This document shows, piece by piece, positions 1 through 9,014 of a DNA stretch of 37,794 nt. The translations under genes and the position numbers were made by a program. Location: positions 1-37,794 of the forward strand of contig BTVV01000055.1 in assembly GCA_045863855.1 (NCBI GenBank). Direction: 5' to 3'. The notes beneath the pieces were generated by a model. It saw only the letters and a list, made by a program, of their open reading frames with translations, searched no databases and was not told where the DNA came from. Numbering within the stretch: the first letter of the stretch is position 1; each line of letters starts with the position of its first letter. Origin of the DNA: Planctomycetota bacterium (GTDB taxonomy: Bacteria; Planctomycetota; SZUA-567; H5-PLA8).

Positions 1-132
1 CGTAATCGCGGGCCGGCGGCGGCGTGCGCCGTGGTAACCGGTACGCGGCGGCATCTGGCCACGGCGCGTAATCGCGGGCCGGCGGCGGCGTGCGCCGTGG
101 TAACCGGTACGCGGCGGCATCCGGCCACGGCG
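1..132. repeat. 66-bp tandem direct repeat (2 copies visible, may continue left of the window), each with a hairpin
   Basis: 1-66 and 67-132 are identical except T56/C122; each unit has cgccgtgg...ccacggcg inverted arms. Confidence 0.9.
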
Positions 133-283
133 TGGTTTCAGCTCTGCTCCTCACAAAACCAAGCTAGACCAATTCATTTCCGGGCAAGAGGTTGCGGGGA
201 TTGCGGGGGCTTTGCGTTGGTGCGAAGGATTGGGCGGGGCGGGCGCCTCTAAGGTTTGGGGCTTAAGGCCAAAGGCAAAGGGC

Positions 284-318
284 ACCCCCCCTACCCCCCC
301 TTGTACTTAAGGGGGGGA
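284..318. repeat. REP-like C-rich/G-rich hairpin element (family A)
   Basis: cacccccccctacccccccttgtacttaaggggggg-type element; resembles 30661-30693 (cacctcccctacccctccttggcaaagagggaa). Confidence 0.6.
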
Positions 319-393
319 GAGCGGCAACGGCAAAGGAAACGGCTAGGGCTACGGAAATTGCAAGGGGTGCGGCGGCGGGGTTGGGGGGTGCGC

Positions 394-2829
394 ATGCGCG
401 GAATGTGGCAGGCGGCGGCGCTGGTCCTGATGCTGGGCGCCGGTCCGGTCCGGGCGGCGCAGGCGGTGCCGCAGACGCATCCGCGGCTGTTCGGTTCGCT
501 GGCGCGGCTCCAGCAGATCCGGCAGGAGCGCGCGGAGGCGTATAAAAATCTGGTGGCCAATGCGCGCGACGAGAAGCTGAACGATTATTGCTGGATGCCG
601 GCGGCGGCGCTGGTGAGCGCGCTGGAAGGCGACGCGAAGCTGGCGCGGGCGGCGATCGCGCGTGCGCAACCCTACATCCAAGGGCCGATCCGGACGGGTC
701 ACGTCACGTTCGGGCACGACCTGGCGCTGTGCGCGATCGTCTACGACTGCACGCACGCGCATTGGACGGAAGCCGAGCGCGCGGCGTTCATCGCGTACGC
801 CAACCGCACGATCGAAGCGAATGCGAACTCCGAGACGGGCGTCTTTCACAACGGCTATTACGGCTACAAGAATTGGGGCATCGGGCTGGCGTGCTATGCG
901 ACGCTGCACGAGAACCCTCGCGCGCGGGGCTTTCTGGACGCGCTCTTGAACGATTACCGCACGCGCGCGTGCCCGGCGCTGGAACTGGCCGGGGAAGGCG
1001 GCGGCTGGGCCGAGGGGCATTACGTACACTATTGGATCTTCGAATGGCTGGTTTTCTGCGAAGCGGCGCGTGCGTGCGAGGGGCTGGACTTGTACGCGTG
1101 CGCGCCGAAGTTTTTCGGATCGCGTGCGATCGCGAGCTTGTTCGAAGTCTGGCCGGGGCATGCGCCGCACGAACTGAACCGGCCGGTTCCGATGGGCGAC
1201 GGCGGGTACGGGACGTACGGCGGCTCCAGCGAAAAGATTCTGGCGGCTCGGCGGATCCTGTGCGCGCATTACCGCGACGATCCGGCGCACGCGGCGGCCG
1301 CGGCGTACAACCGCAAGATCGAACGGACCTGTATCCCCGAGGCGTATAGCTGGCTCGATTTTCTGTGGAACGATCCGCGGGTGCCGTGCGGCGATCTGAA
1401 CGGGTTCAAGCGTTCGCACTACAGCCCCGGCGCGGGCTGGGCCGCCGCGCGTGGGGACTGGAGCGGGGATGCGACGTATCTGTTCTTCCGCTGCGCCGAC
1501 CGCTTTACGGCTCACCAGCACCTCGACGCCGCGCACTTCCTGATCTACAAACACGCGCCGTTGGCGGGGGATGGCGGCGTTTACGACTCGTTCGAGAGCA
1601 AACACGCGAGCAACTATTACCTGCGCAGCATCGCGCACAATACGATATTGGTGCACGATCCCGGCGAGAAATTTCCCGACGGCATCCGCGCGGCCGGCGC
1701 CTCCTTTAACGACGGGGGGCAGGCGTACCCGTGGTGCGGATCGCCGATGGGGCACAACGGGAACGCGGCCGACGCGGCGGACTGGAAGGCGCAGGGCGCG
1801 CTAAGCGATATCGCGGACTTCGCGGCGTTCGAGGACCGCGGCGCGTACGTCTATATGGCGGCCGACGCTACGCGCGCGTACAGCGCGAAGAAGCTGGAAC
1901 TGTTCACGCGGCAGATCGTTTTCTTGCGCCCGGATACGATCGTGATCTGCGACCGCGTCCGCGCGCGGAGCCCGGCGTTCAAGAAAACGTGGCTCTTGCA
2001 GGCTATGGAGACGCCGAAGGAGCAGGAGGGGCGGCTGGTCGTCGCGAACGGCGCCGGGCGGCTGACGGTGCAGACGCTGCTGCCGGCGCAAACGAGCGTC
2101 AAACGTTGCTCGGGCGCGGACCTTTATACGGTAGACGGGCAGAACTGCGCGCCGTCGAAGCCGGTGGCCGAGGTACCGGCCTGCCGCGTCGAGATCAGCC
2201 CGGTACAGGCTCAGGCGTTCGACGTTTTCGTGCACGTGCTGACGACCGGAGCTTCCGGCGCCGCGCTTCCGGCCCCCGCCACGGTGAAGGATGAAGCGGA
2301 CGGCGTCGAGGTGAGCGTCGCGGGCGCGACGATCCGCTTCGAGAAGTCGAGGCTGGGCGGCGCGGTCTGCCCCGCGGGCGGCGCGCGTACGGCGCTGGCC
2401 ACGCAGGCGGTTCTGGACGGGACGGCGGCGCCTGCGGGGCGCGTGACGGCGGGGCCGCCGGTGGTGGCGCCTGCACCGGTTGCGGCGGCGCAGGAGCCCA
2501 GCGCCGAGGCACGCGCACTCGCGGGGACTCGCCGCGCCGAACTGAAGGCGGCGGTGCTGGCGGCGGTTCAGGCGGGGCGGCACGAAGCCGTATTCGTGGA
2601 GGTACTCGGCAAACTGAGCAAGGTAAAGCTGGTGGCCGCCAACGAGCAAGAGCTTCAGGTCAGCTTGCAGGGGAATCGCTTTCCCATCGCGTGGGAAGGC
2701 TTGCCGCCGAAGCAGATGTACGGGATTGCGAGCGTGTACCCGGTGGACCGGCGGGCGCTGTACGAATATTGCGTGGGCATGGGGCTGAAGGAGGAGGCGG
2801 AGCGGGAGTTGATGAAGACGGGGCTTTGA
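394..2829 (+). CDS. Secreted heparinase II/III-like polysaccharide lyase with a Pro/Ala linker and an extra C-terminal domain
   Basis: Signal peptide from ATG394; THPRL, GGWAEGHY, HQHLDAAHFLIYK and SIAHNTILV motifs of the Hepar_II_III toroid + beta-sandwich fold; start moved from 256. Confidence 0.8.
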   Translation: MRGMWQAAALVLMLGAGPVRAAQAVPQTHPRLFGSLARLQQIRQERAEAYKNLVANARDEKLNDYCWMPAAALVSALEGDAKLARAAIARAQPYIQGPIRTGHVTFGHDLALCAIVYDCTHAHWTEAERAAFIAYANRTIEANANSETGVFHNGYYGYKNWGIGLACYATLHENPRARGFLDALLNDYRTRACPALELAGEGGGWAEGHYVHYWIFEWLVFCEAARACEGLDLYACAPKFFGSRAIASLFEVWPGHAPHELNRPVPMGDGGYGTYGGSSEKILAARRILCAHYRDDPAHAAAAAYNRKIERTCIPEAYSWLDFLWNDPRVPCGDLNGFKRSHYSPGAGWAAARGDWSGDATYLFFRCADRFTAHQHLDAAHFLIYKHAPLAGDGGVYDSFESKHASNYYLRSIAHNTILVHDPGEKFPDGIRAAGASFNDGGQAYPWCGSPMGHNGNAADAADWKAQGALSDIADFAAFEDRGAYVYMAADATRAYSAKKLELFTRQIVFLRPDTIVICDRVRARSPAFKKTWLLQAMETPKEQEGRLVVANGAGRLTVQTLLPAQTSVKRCSGADLYTVDGQNCAPSKPVAEVPACRVEISPVQAQAFDVFVHVLTTGASGAALPAPATVKDEADGVEVSVAGATIRFEKSRLGGAVCPAGGARTALATQAVLDGTAAPAGRVTAGPPVVAPAPVAAAQEPSAEARALAGTRRAELKAAVLAAVQAGRHEAVFVEVLGKLSKVKLVAANEQELQVSLQGNRFPIAWEGLPPKQMYGIASVYPVDRRALYEYCVGMGLKEEAERELMKTGL

Positions 2830-2917
2830 AATTCGACGTTCGAAAGGTTCAATTCAAACGCTGTACGGCGGCCTGCGGTTGCGCCCGCGCGCGGCGCATG
2901 GAAGTCCTCGGCATGAC

Positions 2918-2943
2918 CTGCGGGCGAGACGCCCGCGATACCC
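2918..2943. repeat. REP-like hairpin (family B)
   Basis: ctgcgggcgagacgcccgcgataccc; 24/26 identical to 19700-19725. Confidence 0.7.
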
Positions 2944-2994
2944 GGGCCGCTTCGCGGTGCGGGCAAAGTCGGGGGCGGGGTTTATACTCCGGGC

Positions 2995-3555
2995 ATGAAC
3001 GCGGCGGCGTGCTTCTTGGGCGGTTGGGCGGCGGGCGTGCTGCTGGAGTATCTGCTGCATTGGATCATGCACCGCTGGGCGCTGGGCTTTCATCTGCATC
3101 ACCATCGGGAATTCTTTCACCTGGCGCCGAAGCGGGTGGCGTTGAACACGCTCGATCCGCGCCTCGATCTGTTTTTTTTCGCGGGGGTGCTCGCCGCGCT
3201 GGCTCCGCTGACGTTCGTCTGGCCGTGGTGGCTGGTGGTCCTGTTCTGGGCGGGGATGCTCTGGCATGTGGTGTTCGTCTACGAGGCGTGCCACGCGCTG
3301 ATGCATCACGATGCGTGGCTGCCGGCGTTCTGGCGCGAGGCGCGCGCGTACCGCTGGTGGAAGGGCTGCCACTTCGAGCACCATTTCCACGCGCCGGCGG
3401 GGAACTATTCGGTCACGTGCCCGTGGCTGGACTGGATCCTGCGGACGTACGTTCCGCCGCGCGCGGCGTATCCTCCCCTCCCCCACCCCAAGCTGAAGCC
3501 CGCGGGCGATGCGATTACGGTTCCGGACGAACCGGCCGCGGCGAACGGAGCGTGA
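2995..3555 (+). CDS. Sterol desaturase / fatty acid hydroxylase family membrane protein
   Basis: His boxes HWIMH, HLHHH, HALMHH, HFEHHFH; GNYSV motif; hydrophobic segments. Confidence 0.85.
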   Translation: MNAAACFLGGWAAGVLLEYLLHWIMHRWALGFHLHHHREFFHLAPKRVALNTLDPRLDLFFFAGVLAALAPLTFVWPWWLVVLFWAGMLWHVVFVYEACHALMHHDAWLPAFWREARAYRWWKGCHFEHHFHAPAGNYSVTCPWLDWILRTYVPPRAAYPPLPHPKLKPAGDAITVPDEPAAANGA

Positions 3556-3558
3556 ACG

Positions 3559-4266
3559 ATGGCCGGTGCGGTGCTGTACGACTGGCGGCGCGACGGGCAC
3601 CTCGAGGATTGGAAACTCGAGGGCAACGGCGAGCTGCTCAAGGCCGACGACGGCGCGCTGCTCGTGCGGACTTTTCATTGCGGTCCGGGTCGGCGCGCGG
3701 TGAACGTGTGGTTGAAGGCGCTGGAATTGCCGGAGGCGTACCGGGTGGCGTGGCGTTTTCGCAGCGACGCGGCGGCCGGTAACGCGATGCTGATGTTCAA
3801 TGCGCGGCCGCTGGGACTGAGCCATTTATTCGAAGATCCGCGCCCCGACGCGCGCTATTGCGATCTGGCCGGCTACGGGAAGATGGTATTGCACACGCTG
3901 GGCTTTCATCGCGCGGTGTACGGGCAGCCGAGCAACCTGCGCAAGCTGGGCGGGCACGTGCCTGCGGCGTGGGGCCAGGCCGAGTATCCGGGCGCGGCGT
4001 GGCAGGAGATGAACCGCGATACCACGATGAGCAGCACGGCGGAGCCGTTGACCGCGGCGGATCTGGGGCGCGAGCAGTCGTACGCATTGGAGCATACGCC
4101 GGGGCGCGTGCGCGCGTGGCTGAACGGTGCGCTGCTGCACGACTGGACCGACGGCGGCGCGTACGCTCATTTTAAGGAGCCGTTGCGCGGCGGAAAGATA
4201 GGGCTGCGTAATTTCGGCGGGTACGCCGAGGATTTTTATTCGGGGTTCACCGTCTCGGCGCTTTGA
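3559..4266 (+). CDS. DUF1961/YesU-like (concanavalin-like fold) protein
   Basis: Starts 3 nt after the previous stop; C-terminal GGKIGLRNF motif and W-rich beta pattern. Confidence 0.6.
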   Translation: MAGAVLYDWRRDGHLEDWKLEGNGELLKADDGALLVRTFHCGPGRRAVNVWLKALELPEAYRVAWRFRSDAAAGNAMLMFNARPLGLSHLFEDPRPDARYCDLAGYGKMVLHTLGFHRAVYGQPSNLRKLGGHVPAAWGQAEYPGAAWQEMNRDTTMSSTAEPLTAADLGREQSYALEHTPGRVRAWLNGALLHDWTDGGAYAHFKEPLRGGKIGLRNFGGYAEDFYSGFTVSAL

Positions 4267-5315
4267 GCGGGTCCTTGCGCCGCGATTTCGCCGCCGGGCT
4301 GTCCGCGTCCGGCCAGGATGTAGAACGGTCCGGCGACGAAGAGGCGCATGGCCAGCGCGATGAGGTGGAAGGCGAAGGCCAGCGCGGCGCCGGTGCCTTG
4401 GGGCTGGTTCAGCAAGAGCTGGAAGAGCTTATCGAAGGCGAACTCCCCCACCCCGAAGCCGCCGGCGAAGCCGAAGACGTTGGCGAAGAGCGCGATGGGG
4501 ATGACGACCATCCCGGCCCAGGGGTCGAAGTTCTGGCCGAGGCCGTAGGCCAGCGCCAGGATGCCGGCGCACCAGACGGCGTGATTGAGGACCGATAAGC
4601 CCAGCGCGGCGAAGATGGTCCCCGGGCGCTGCATCAGGTTCGAGAAGCCTTGATAGATTTTTTCGAACTTCTCGGGGAACGGCAGGAGGTTCATGAGCTT
4701 CTGGCGCAGTCGGCTTTTCTGGATCCACGGCGAGGCGAGGAGGAGAAGCGCGAGGAGCGAGGTGAGGCAGATGGCAAGGAGGACGTTTCGGACGTGGACG
4801 AGCTGTTCGTTTCCGGAGACGGCCGCGCCGCCGGCGAGGCAGGCGCAGAGGCCGAAGCAGAGCAAGCCCCATAGCCCCATGATGCGGTCGAGCAGTACGC
4901 ACATGGCCGCGACGCCGCGGCGTCCGGGTCCGTAGGTCTGTACGACGTAGACGGCTTTCATCAGATCGCCGCCGGTGCCGGGCATGGCGACGTTCCAGAA
5001 TTCCCCGATCATGGTCCAGACCAGCGCTCGCCAGTAGGTGCACTCGAGGCCCAGCCCGTTCAGCAGGAGCTTAAAGCGCAAGGTGGCGATGAGGAAGCTG
5101 GGCAGGACGATCGCGCAGGCGAGGCCGACTAGGGTCCACGAGGCGGGCTTGAGCGCGTCGAAGTCGAGCATTTGGGTGTGCCACATCCAATACAGGATGG
5201 CGATGGCGACGGCGGCTTTAACGGGGGTGCTGTTGAGCATGCCCAGGACGCGGCGCGCGCGGCTGGGCGGCGGTGCGGGTTGAGCGGGGGAAGCTTCGGC
5301 TGGCGTATCGTTCAT
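4236..5315 (-). CDS. Lysylphosphatidylglycerol synthase TM / flippase-like (UPF0104) membrane protein
   Basis: Multi-pass; IGEFWNVAMPGTGGDLMK, LLDRIMGL and GGFGVGE motifs. Confidence 0.85.
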   Translation of the reverse strand: MNDTPAEASPAQPAPPPSRARRVLGMLNSTPVKAAVAIAILYWMWHTQMLDFDALKPASWTLVGLACAIVLPSFLIATLRFKLLLNGLGLECTYWRALVWTMIGEFWNVAMPGTGGDLMKAVYVVQTYGPGRRGVAAMCVLLDRIMGLWGLLCFGLCACLAGGAAVSGNEQLVHVRNVLLAICLTSLLALLLLASPWIQKSRLRQKLMNLLPFPEKFEKIYQGFSNLMQRPGTIFAALGLSVLNHAVWCAGILALAYGLGQNFDPWAGMVVIPIALFANVFGFAGGFGVGEFAFDKLFQLLLNQPQGTGAALAFAFHLIALAMRLFVAGPFYILAGRGQPGGEIAAQGPAQSAETVNPE

Positions 5316-5413
5316 TCGGGGCGCGGCCTGAGCAGCATCGTCGTCATCCTACAGGTTTCGGCAAGTGACGCTCGTGCGCACGGTCCAACTTCCCAGTAAA
5401 TCCGCGCCTCCCC

Positions 5414-5670
5414 CGCCCCGCGGCATCGCGGGATGCTGCGTCACGTGACGTTGTGTTCCGTGGCGCAGCGTTCCGGACTTCCGCGACGCATCTTGCCGCG
5501 CCGCGGGACGCCGTAGCCGTGTGCTCCGCACGGTTTAAGCCCGCGGCGCAGGATCGTGTAAAAGATCGCTCCGCGCCGGTGCGGGCCGCATCGCGGGATG
5601 CCGAAACCTCGGTAGAAGCGCCGCGTGAAGCTGCGCCGCGGCGTTGCGTGAAACTGCGCGGCGTGACGCA
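5414..5670. repeat. Degenerate pentanucleotide array (YR step every 5 bp); candidate centromere-like site
   Basis: 20 of 21 consecutive 5-bp positions from 5414 to 5515 carry CG/CA/TG/TA; gcatcgcgggatgc occurs twice (~5423, ~5588); lies upstream of parA. Confidence 0.6.
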
Positions 5671-5814
5671 AGCATGCGGATCGCATGGCGCTGGTGAGCG
5701 GGGTGGGGGCATGCGGAATCGCGCTTGGCGTAAAAAATTTTCGCGGAAGGCCTCAAGGCGGGGTCCCGCGCGTCCGATCTCAGTTATGTCGTAGAACGCA
5801 ATTCAGCTCAAGCA

Positions 5815-5866
5815 GGGCAGGGGCCGCGGCGACTGACTCCCCCCCACAGTCGTCCGGCCCCAGCCC
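5815..5866 (+). promoter_or_regulatory. Long GC hairpin with C-rich loop in the parA leader (cis-element or sRNA)
   Basis: ggggccg-c-ggcgactg [actccccccca] cagtcgtc-cggcccc. Confidence 0.45.
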
Positions 5867-5958
5867 AGGCCTCTCCCGGGACGAACGCTCCGCGCAGCAC
5901 GGCCGCACGCCCGCGGCGCGGCGCGGCGGCGGCATGTCCCCGGAACGGAGTTCGAGCC

Positions 5959-6765
5959 ATGCAGACGGTCGCGGTGATCAATCAAAAAGGCGGCACGGGC
6001 AAGACGACGACGGCGGTGAACCTCGCGGCGGCTTTCGCTCAGCGCGGCTTCTGGACGCTGCTGGTGGACCTGGATCCGCAAAGTTCGGCGGCGTACTGCC
6101 TGGGCCTGGATCCGGCGCGCGAAGAGAAGACGCTGGCGAAGGCGATTCTGGAAGACCGCCCGCTGGTGGAGGCGATCCGGCCGAGCGGTATCGCGGGGAT
6201 CGAAGTGGTGCTGGGCGGGCCGGAACTGGCGACGCTGGAACTGCGGATCAAGAATCCGCTGACGGCGGTGCGGGTGCTCGCGCGGCTGCTGGATCCGGTC
6301 AAGCCTGCGTACGATCTGTGCGTGCTGGACGCGCCTCCGTCGCTCTCGCTGATGTTCACGAACGCGCTGACGGCGTCGGACGGTCTGCTGGTGCCGGTGA
6401 CGCCGTCGTTTCTTTCGGCGAAGGGCCTGGAAGCGCTGATGACGACGATCGACGAAGCGCGTGCGGATTTGCAGGTGAATCCGGCGCTGCTGGGGATCGT
6501 GCTGACGATGGTCGACCGGCGGCTGGGCTTGGACAAGGAAGTCGAAGCGAATCTGCGCCAGGTATTCGGCGAGCAGGTGCTGCGGCAGTCGATTCGGCTG
6601 ACGGTGCGCTTGAAGGAAGCGCCGGGTCATTTCCGCTCGATCTTCGCGCACGCTCCGGGTTCGTCGGGTGCGGAAGATTACGACGCGCTGGCGGTGGAGG
6701 TGCTGGGCCGGATGAAGCTGCCCGAACGCGCTCCGGCGCTGGCCGAGCCGGCGGCGGCGGATTGA
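5959..6765 (+). CDS. parA: ParA/Soj family ATPase (no adjacent CTPase ParB)
   Basis: Deviant Walker A KGGTGKTT, DLDPQ, LDAPPSL; RBS ggag. Confidence 0.92.
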   Translation: MQTVAVINQKGGTGKTTTAVNLAAAFAQRGFWTLLVDLDPQSSAAYCLGLDPAREEKTLAKAILEDRPLVEAIRPSGIAGIEVVLGGPELATLELRIKNPLTAVRVLARLLDPVKPAYDLCVLDAPPSLSLMFTNALTASDGLLVPVTPSFLSAKGLEALMTTIDEARADLQVNPALLGIVLTMVDRRLGLDKEVEANLRQVFGEQVLRQSIRLTVRLKEAPGHFRSIFAHAPGSSGAEDYDALAVEVLGRMKLPERAPALAEPAAAD

Positions 6766-6767
6766 GC

Positions 6768-6968
6768 ATGCGCGCACGCTCCACGCTTCGCGCGGCGCTG
6801 CTGTTGGGCGTGCTGCTGCTTTCCGGCTGCGCATACAGCGAGCCGGTTCTGCTGGATTCGATCGGACAACCCGATCCGATGGTGCGGCGCGCGGCGCCGC
6901 CCGTTCAGCGCTCGATGCCCGTACCGCCGCCGGCGGAGCGCGAAGCGTCCGCCGCGTCCACTATTTAA
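6768..6968 (+). CDS. Small lipoprotein (66 aa)
   Basis: MRARSTLRAALLLGVLLLSGC lipobox; ATG 2 nt after the parA stop. Confidence 0.65.
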   Translation: MRARSTLRAALLLGVLLLSGCAYSEPVLLDSIGQPDPMVRRAAPPVQRSMPVPPPAEREASAASTI

Positions 6969-6983
6969 GTAAGGGAGCGATGC

Positions 6984-7655
6984 ATGGTCGACACGAAGGC
7001 TTCAGGTTCGAACGGCGGTACGGTTCCTGCGCCTGCCGGGGACGGTTCGCGCGGTCCGGCTCGGGGCGGCTCGGGGTTGTTCCACTTGTACCGCACGCTG
7101 GGGACGGGCGAAGCGCCTGCGGCCGCGGCGGTTCCGGCGGTTGCGCCATCGCGCGCCGCGCGGCTTTTGCAGGCCGCGCCGGCCGAAGCGCCGACAGGCG
7201 CCGCCGCGCTCGCGGCGCCGAGCGAGGTTCCGGCCGTGGCGGAGACCGACGCCGAAGGCGCCGAAAGTCCGGCTCGTGCGGCTCGCGCGGTACGCCGTGC
7301 CGCGGCGAAGCGCGCGCCGCGCAGCGAAGACGGCGCGGACGTATCGAGCCGCTTGAGCGCCGCGCGCGAGCGGCGGCAGTTCAAGCGCCGGGTGCGGGGC
7401 GAGGATTACGAGCAGGTGACGGTGATCCTGGACCGCGCGCTGTATCTGGAGCTCGACCGGCAGCTTGCGGATCTGTTCGAGTCGGGCGACGGCGTGAAGC
7501 TTTCGCGGAGCATGTTCGTGCGCGCGCTGTTGAAGAGTTTCCTGGCGCAAGAGTCGAAGATCACGCTGGACGGTCTTTTCACGCCGGACCCGCGCAATCC
7601 GGAAGAGCTGGCGGTGATCGAAGCGGCGCTGGTCGAACGTCTGGCCCGCGCTTAA
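6984..7655 (+). CDS. Protein with disordered N-terminus and ribbon-helix-helix-like C-terminus (candidate ParG-type ParA partner)
   Basis: RBS aagggag; QVTVILDRALYLELDRQL...LSRSMFVRALLKSFL has a beta-alpha-alpha RHH pattern. Confidence 0.65.
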   Translation: MVDTKASGSNGGTVPAPAGDGSRGPARGGSGLFHLYRTLGTGEAPAAAAVPAVAPSRAARLLQAAPAEAPTGAAALAAPSEVPAVAETDAEGAESPARAARAVRRAAAKRAPRSEDGADVSSRLSAARERRQFKRRVRGEDYEQVTVILDRALYLELDRQLADLFESGDGVKLSRSMFVRALLKSFLAQESKITLDGLFTPDPRNPEELAVIEAALVERLARA

Positions 7656-7682
7656 GCCCACGGGGGAGGGGAGGGGCCGCGC

Positions 7683-9014
7683 GTGCGCGCCGCCTCCGCA
7701 GCGACCTTGAGCACCCGCCGCGATCCAACCTTTTCGAAACTCGGACTTTGCGCCGCGCTTATGCTTTGCGCCGCGGGCCTTGGCGCGCAGGAGGCGGCGC
7801 CGCCGCTGCTGCGGGAAGCGCAGCGCCAGGGGCTCGAACGCGCGCTGCACGGCGACTGGCTGGCGGATGTCGGGCGCGAACTGCTGATCCTTTCGCTGCG
7901 CAACGACGGTTCGTACGAACTGGGCGCGCGGCGCGGGACGTACGCGCTCAAAGACGGCAAGCTCGAGCTGACGACGGACACCGGTCCGGCCGTGTACGCG
8001 CTGGAACTGAAGGGCAACCAACTGACCTTGAGCGGCGCGGACCTCGACAAGCCGCTGGTCTTCATCTACCGCCCGGCGCTGGCGCGTCTGTGGGGCGGAC
8101 TCTTCGAGTTCAGTTGGGACGCATTCCGAACGAAGTTCAACCGCATCCTGATCGTGGCGGGGATCACGCTGGCGGCGTGGGTGGTGATCGTGCTGCTGCG
8201 GCTGCTGAGCCACTGGCTGATCTTCAGCGAGTGGGGTCCGCTGCGCTTCATCTACCGGGTGAACAAGAGCCGGACGGAGACGATTCACCGGCTGGTGCTG
8301 AACAGCGCGAAGTATGTGATCTGCTTCGTGGCGCTGGGCTATATCCTGAGCGAATTAGGCATCAATTACACGACGTATCTTGCCTCGCTTTCGGTTTTTG
8401 GGCTCGCGATCGGGTTCGGCTCGCAAGGCTTCGTGCAAGATATGGTGACGGGGTTCTTCATCATTTTCGAGGCGCACTTCGACGTGGGCGACATGGTCGA
8501 GATCTCGGGCCAGACGGGTCTGGTGCAGGACCTGGGCCTGCGCATGACGCGGCTGGTGCATTACAACGGCCAATCGGTGACGATCCCGAACCGGAATATC
8601 GCGGTGGTGGCGAATTATCCGGCGGGCGGCCAGGATGCCTATGTGGATGTGGCGGTGAAGGATCACGAGGGGGCCGAACGCGCGCGCGGTCCGATCGAGA
8701 CGCTGGCGGCGGAAGTGGCGCGCCAGTTTCCGGGCGTGGTGCTCACCCCGCCGGTGGTGCTGGATGAGCTGGCGCTGGCGAGCGGCGAATGCTTCGTGCG
8801 GCTGCATCTGCGCATCTGGCCGGGTCAGACGTGGGTGATCGATCAGCAGTTGATGCCTCGGCTGCGCGAGACGCTGAAAGCGGCGTCGCTGGAGAATCCG
8901 GGGGACCGGATCGTGGCGTTCTACCGGCACGCGGACGCGAGCGGGCGGCCGGGCGGTTCGATTCGGTCGTGGCTGGGGAATTTGTGGAAGCGCGGCGGGG
9001 AGAATGTGCACTAG
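7683..9014 (+). CDS. MscS family mechanosensitive channel with an N-terminal extracytoplasmic domain (start uncertain, possibly ATG7760)
   Basis: GLAIGFGSQGFVQDMVTGFFIIFE, VGDMVEI, LRMTRL, IPNRNI. Confidence 0.88.
   Translation: MRAASAATLSTRRDPTFSKLGLCAALMLCAAGLGAQEAAPPLLREAQRQGLERALHGDWLADVGRELLILSLRNDGSYELGARRGTYALKDGKLELTTDTGPAVYALELKGNQLTLSGADLDKPLVFIYRPALARLWGGLFEFSWDAFRTKFNRILIVAGITLAAWVVIVLLRLLSHWLIFSEWGPLRFIYRVNKSRTETIHRLVLNSAKYVICFVALGYILSELGINYTTYLASLSVFGLAIGFGSQGFVQDMVTGFFIIFEAHFDVGDMVEISGQTGLVQDLGLRMTRLVHYNGQSVTIPNRNIAVVANYPAGGQDAYVDVAVKDHEGAERARGPIETLAAEVARQFPGVVLTPPVVLDELALASGECFVRLHLRIWPGQTWVIDQQLMPRLRETLKAASLENPGDRIVAFYRHADASGRPGGSIRSWLGNLWKRGGENVH

Noticed and set aside
1..132. 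CRISPR array (66-bp period)
   Set aside because: The whole unit repeats, so there are no unique spacers, and no cas genes are present
5770..5794. dif-like gcgtccgat...ttatgtcgtag upstream of parA
   Set aside because: The half-sites are 3 bp too close for the 11-6-11 layout and the inner ATAA is missing
5344..5794. Short ORFs across the pentamer array
   Set aside because: Arg/Ala low-complexity translations in several frames, no RBS, and the periodicity is 5 rather than 3
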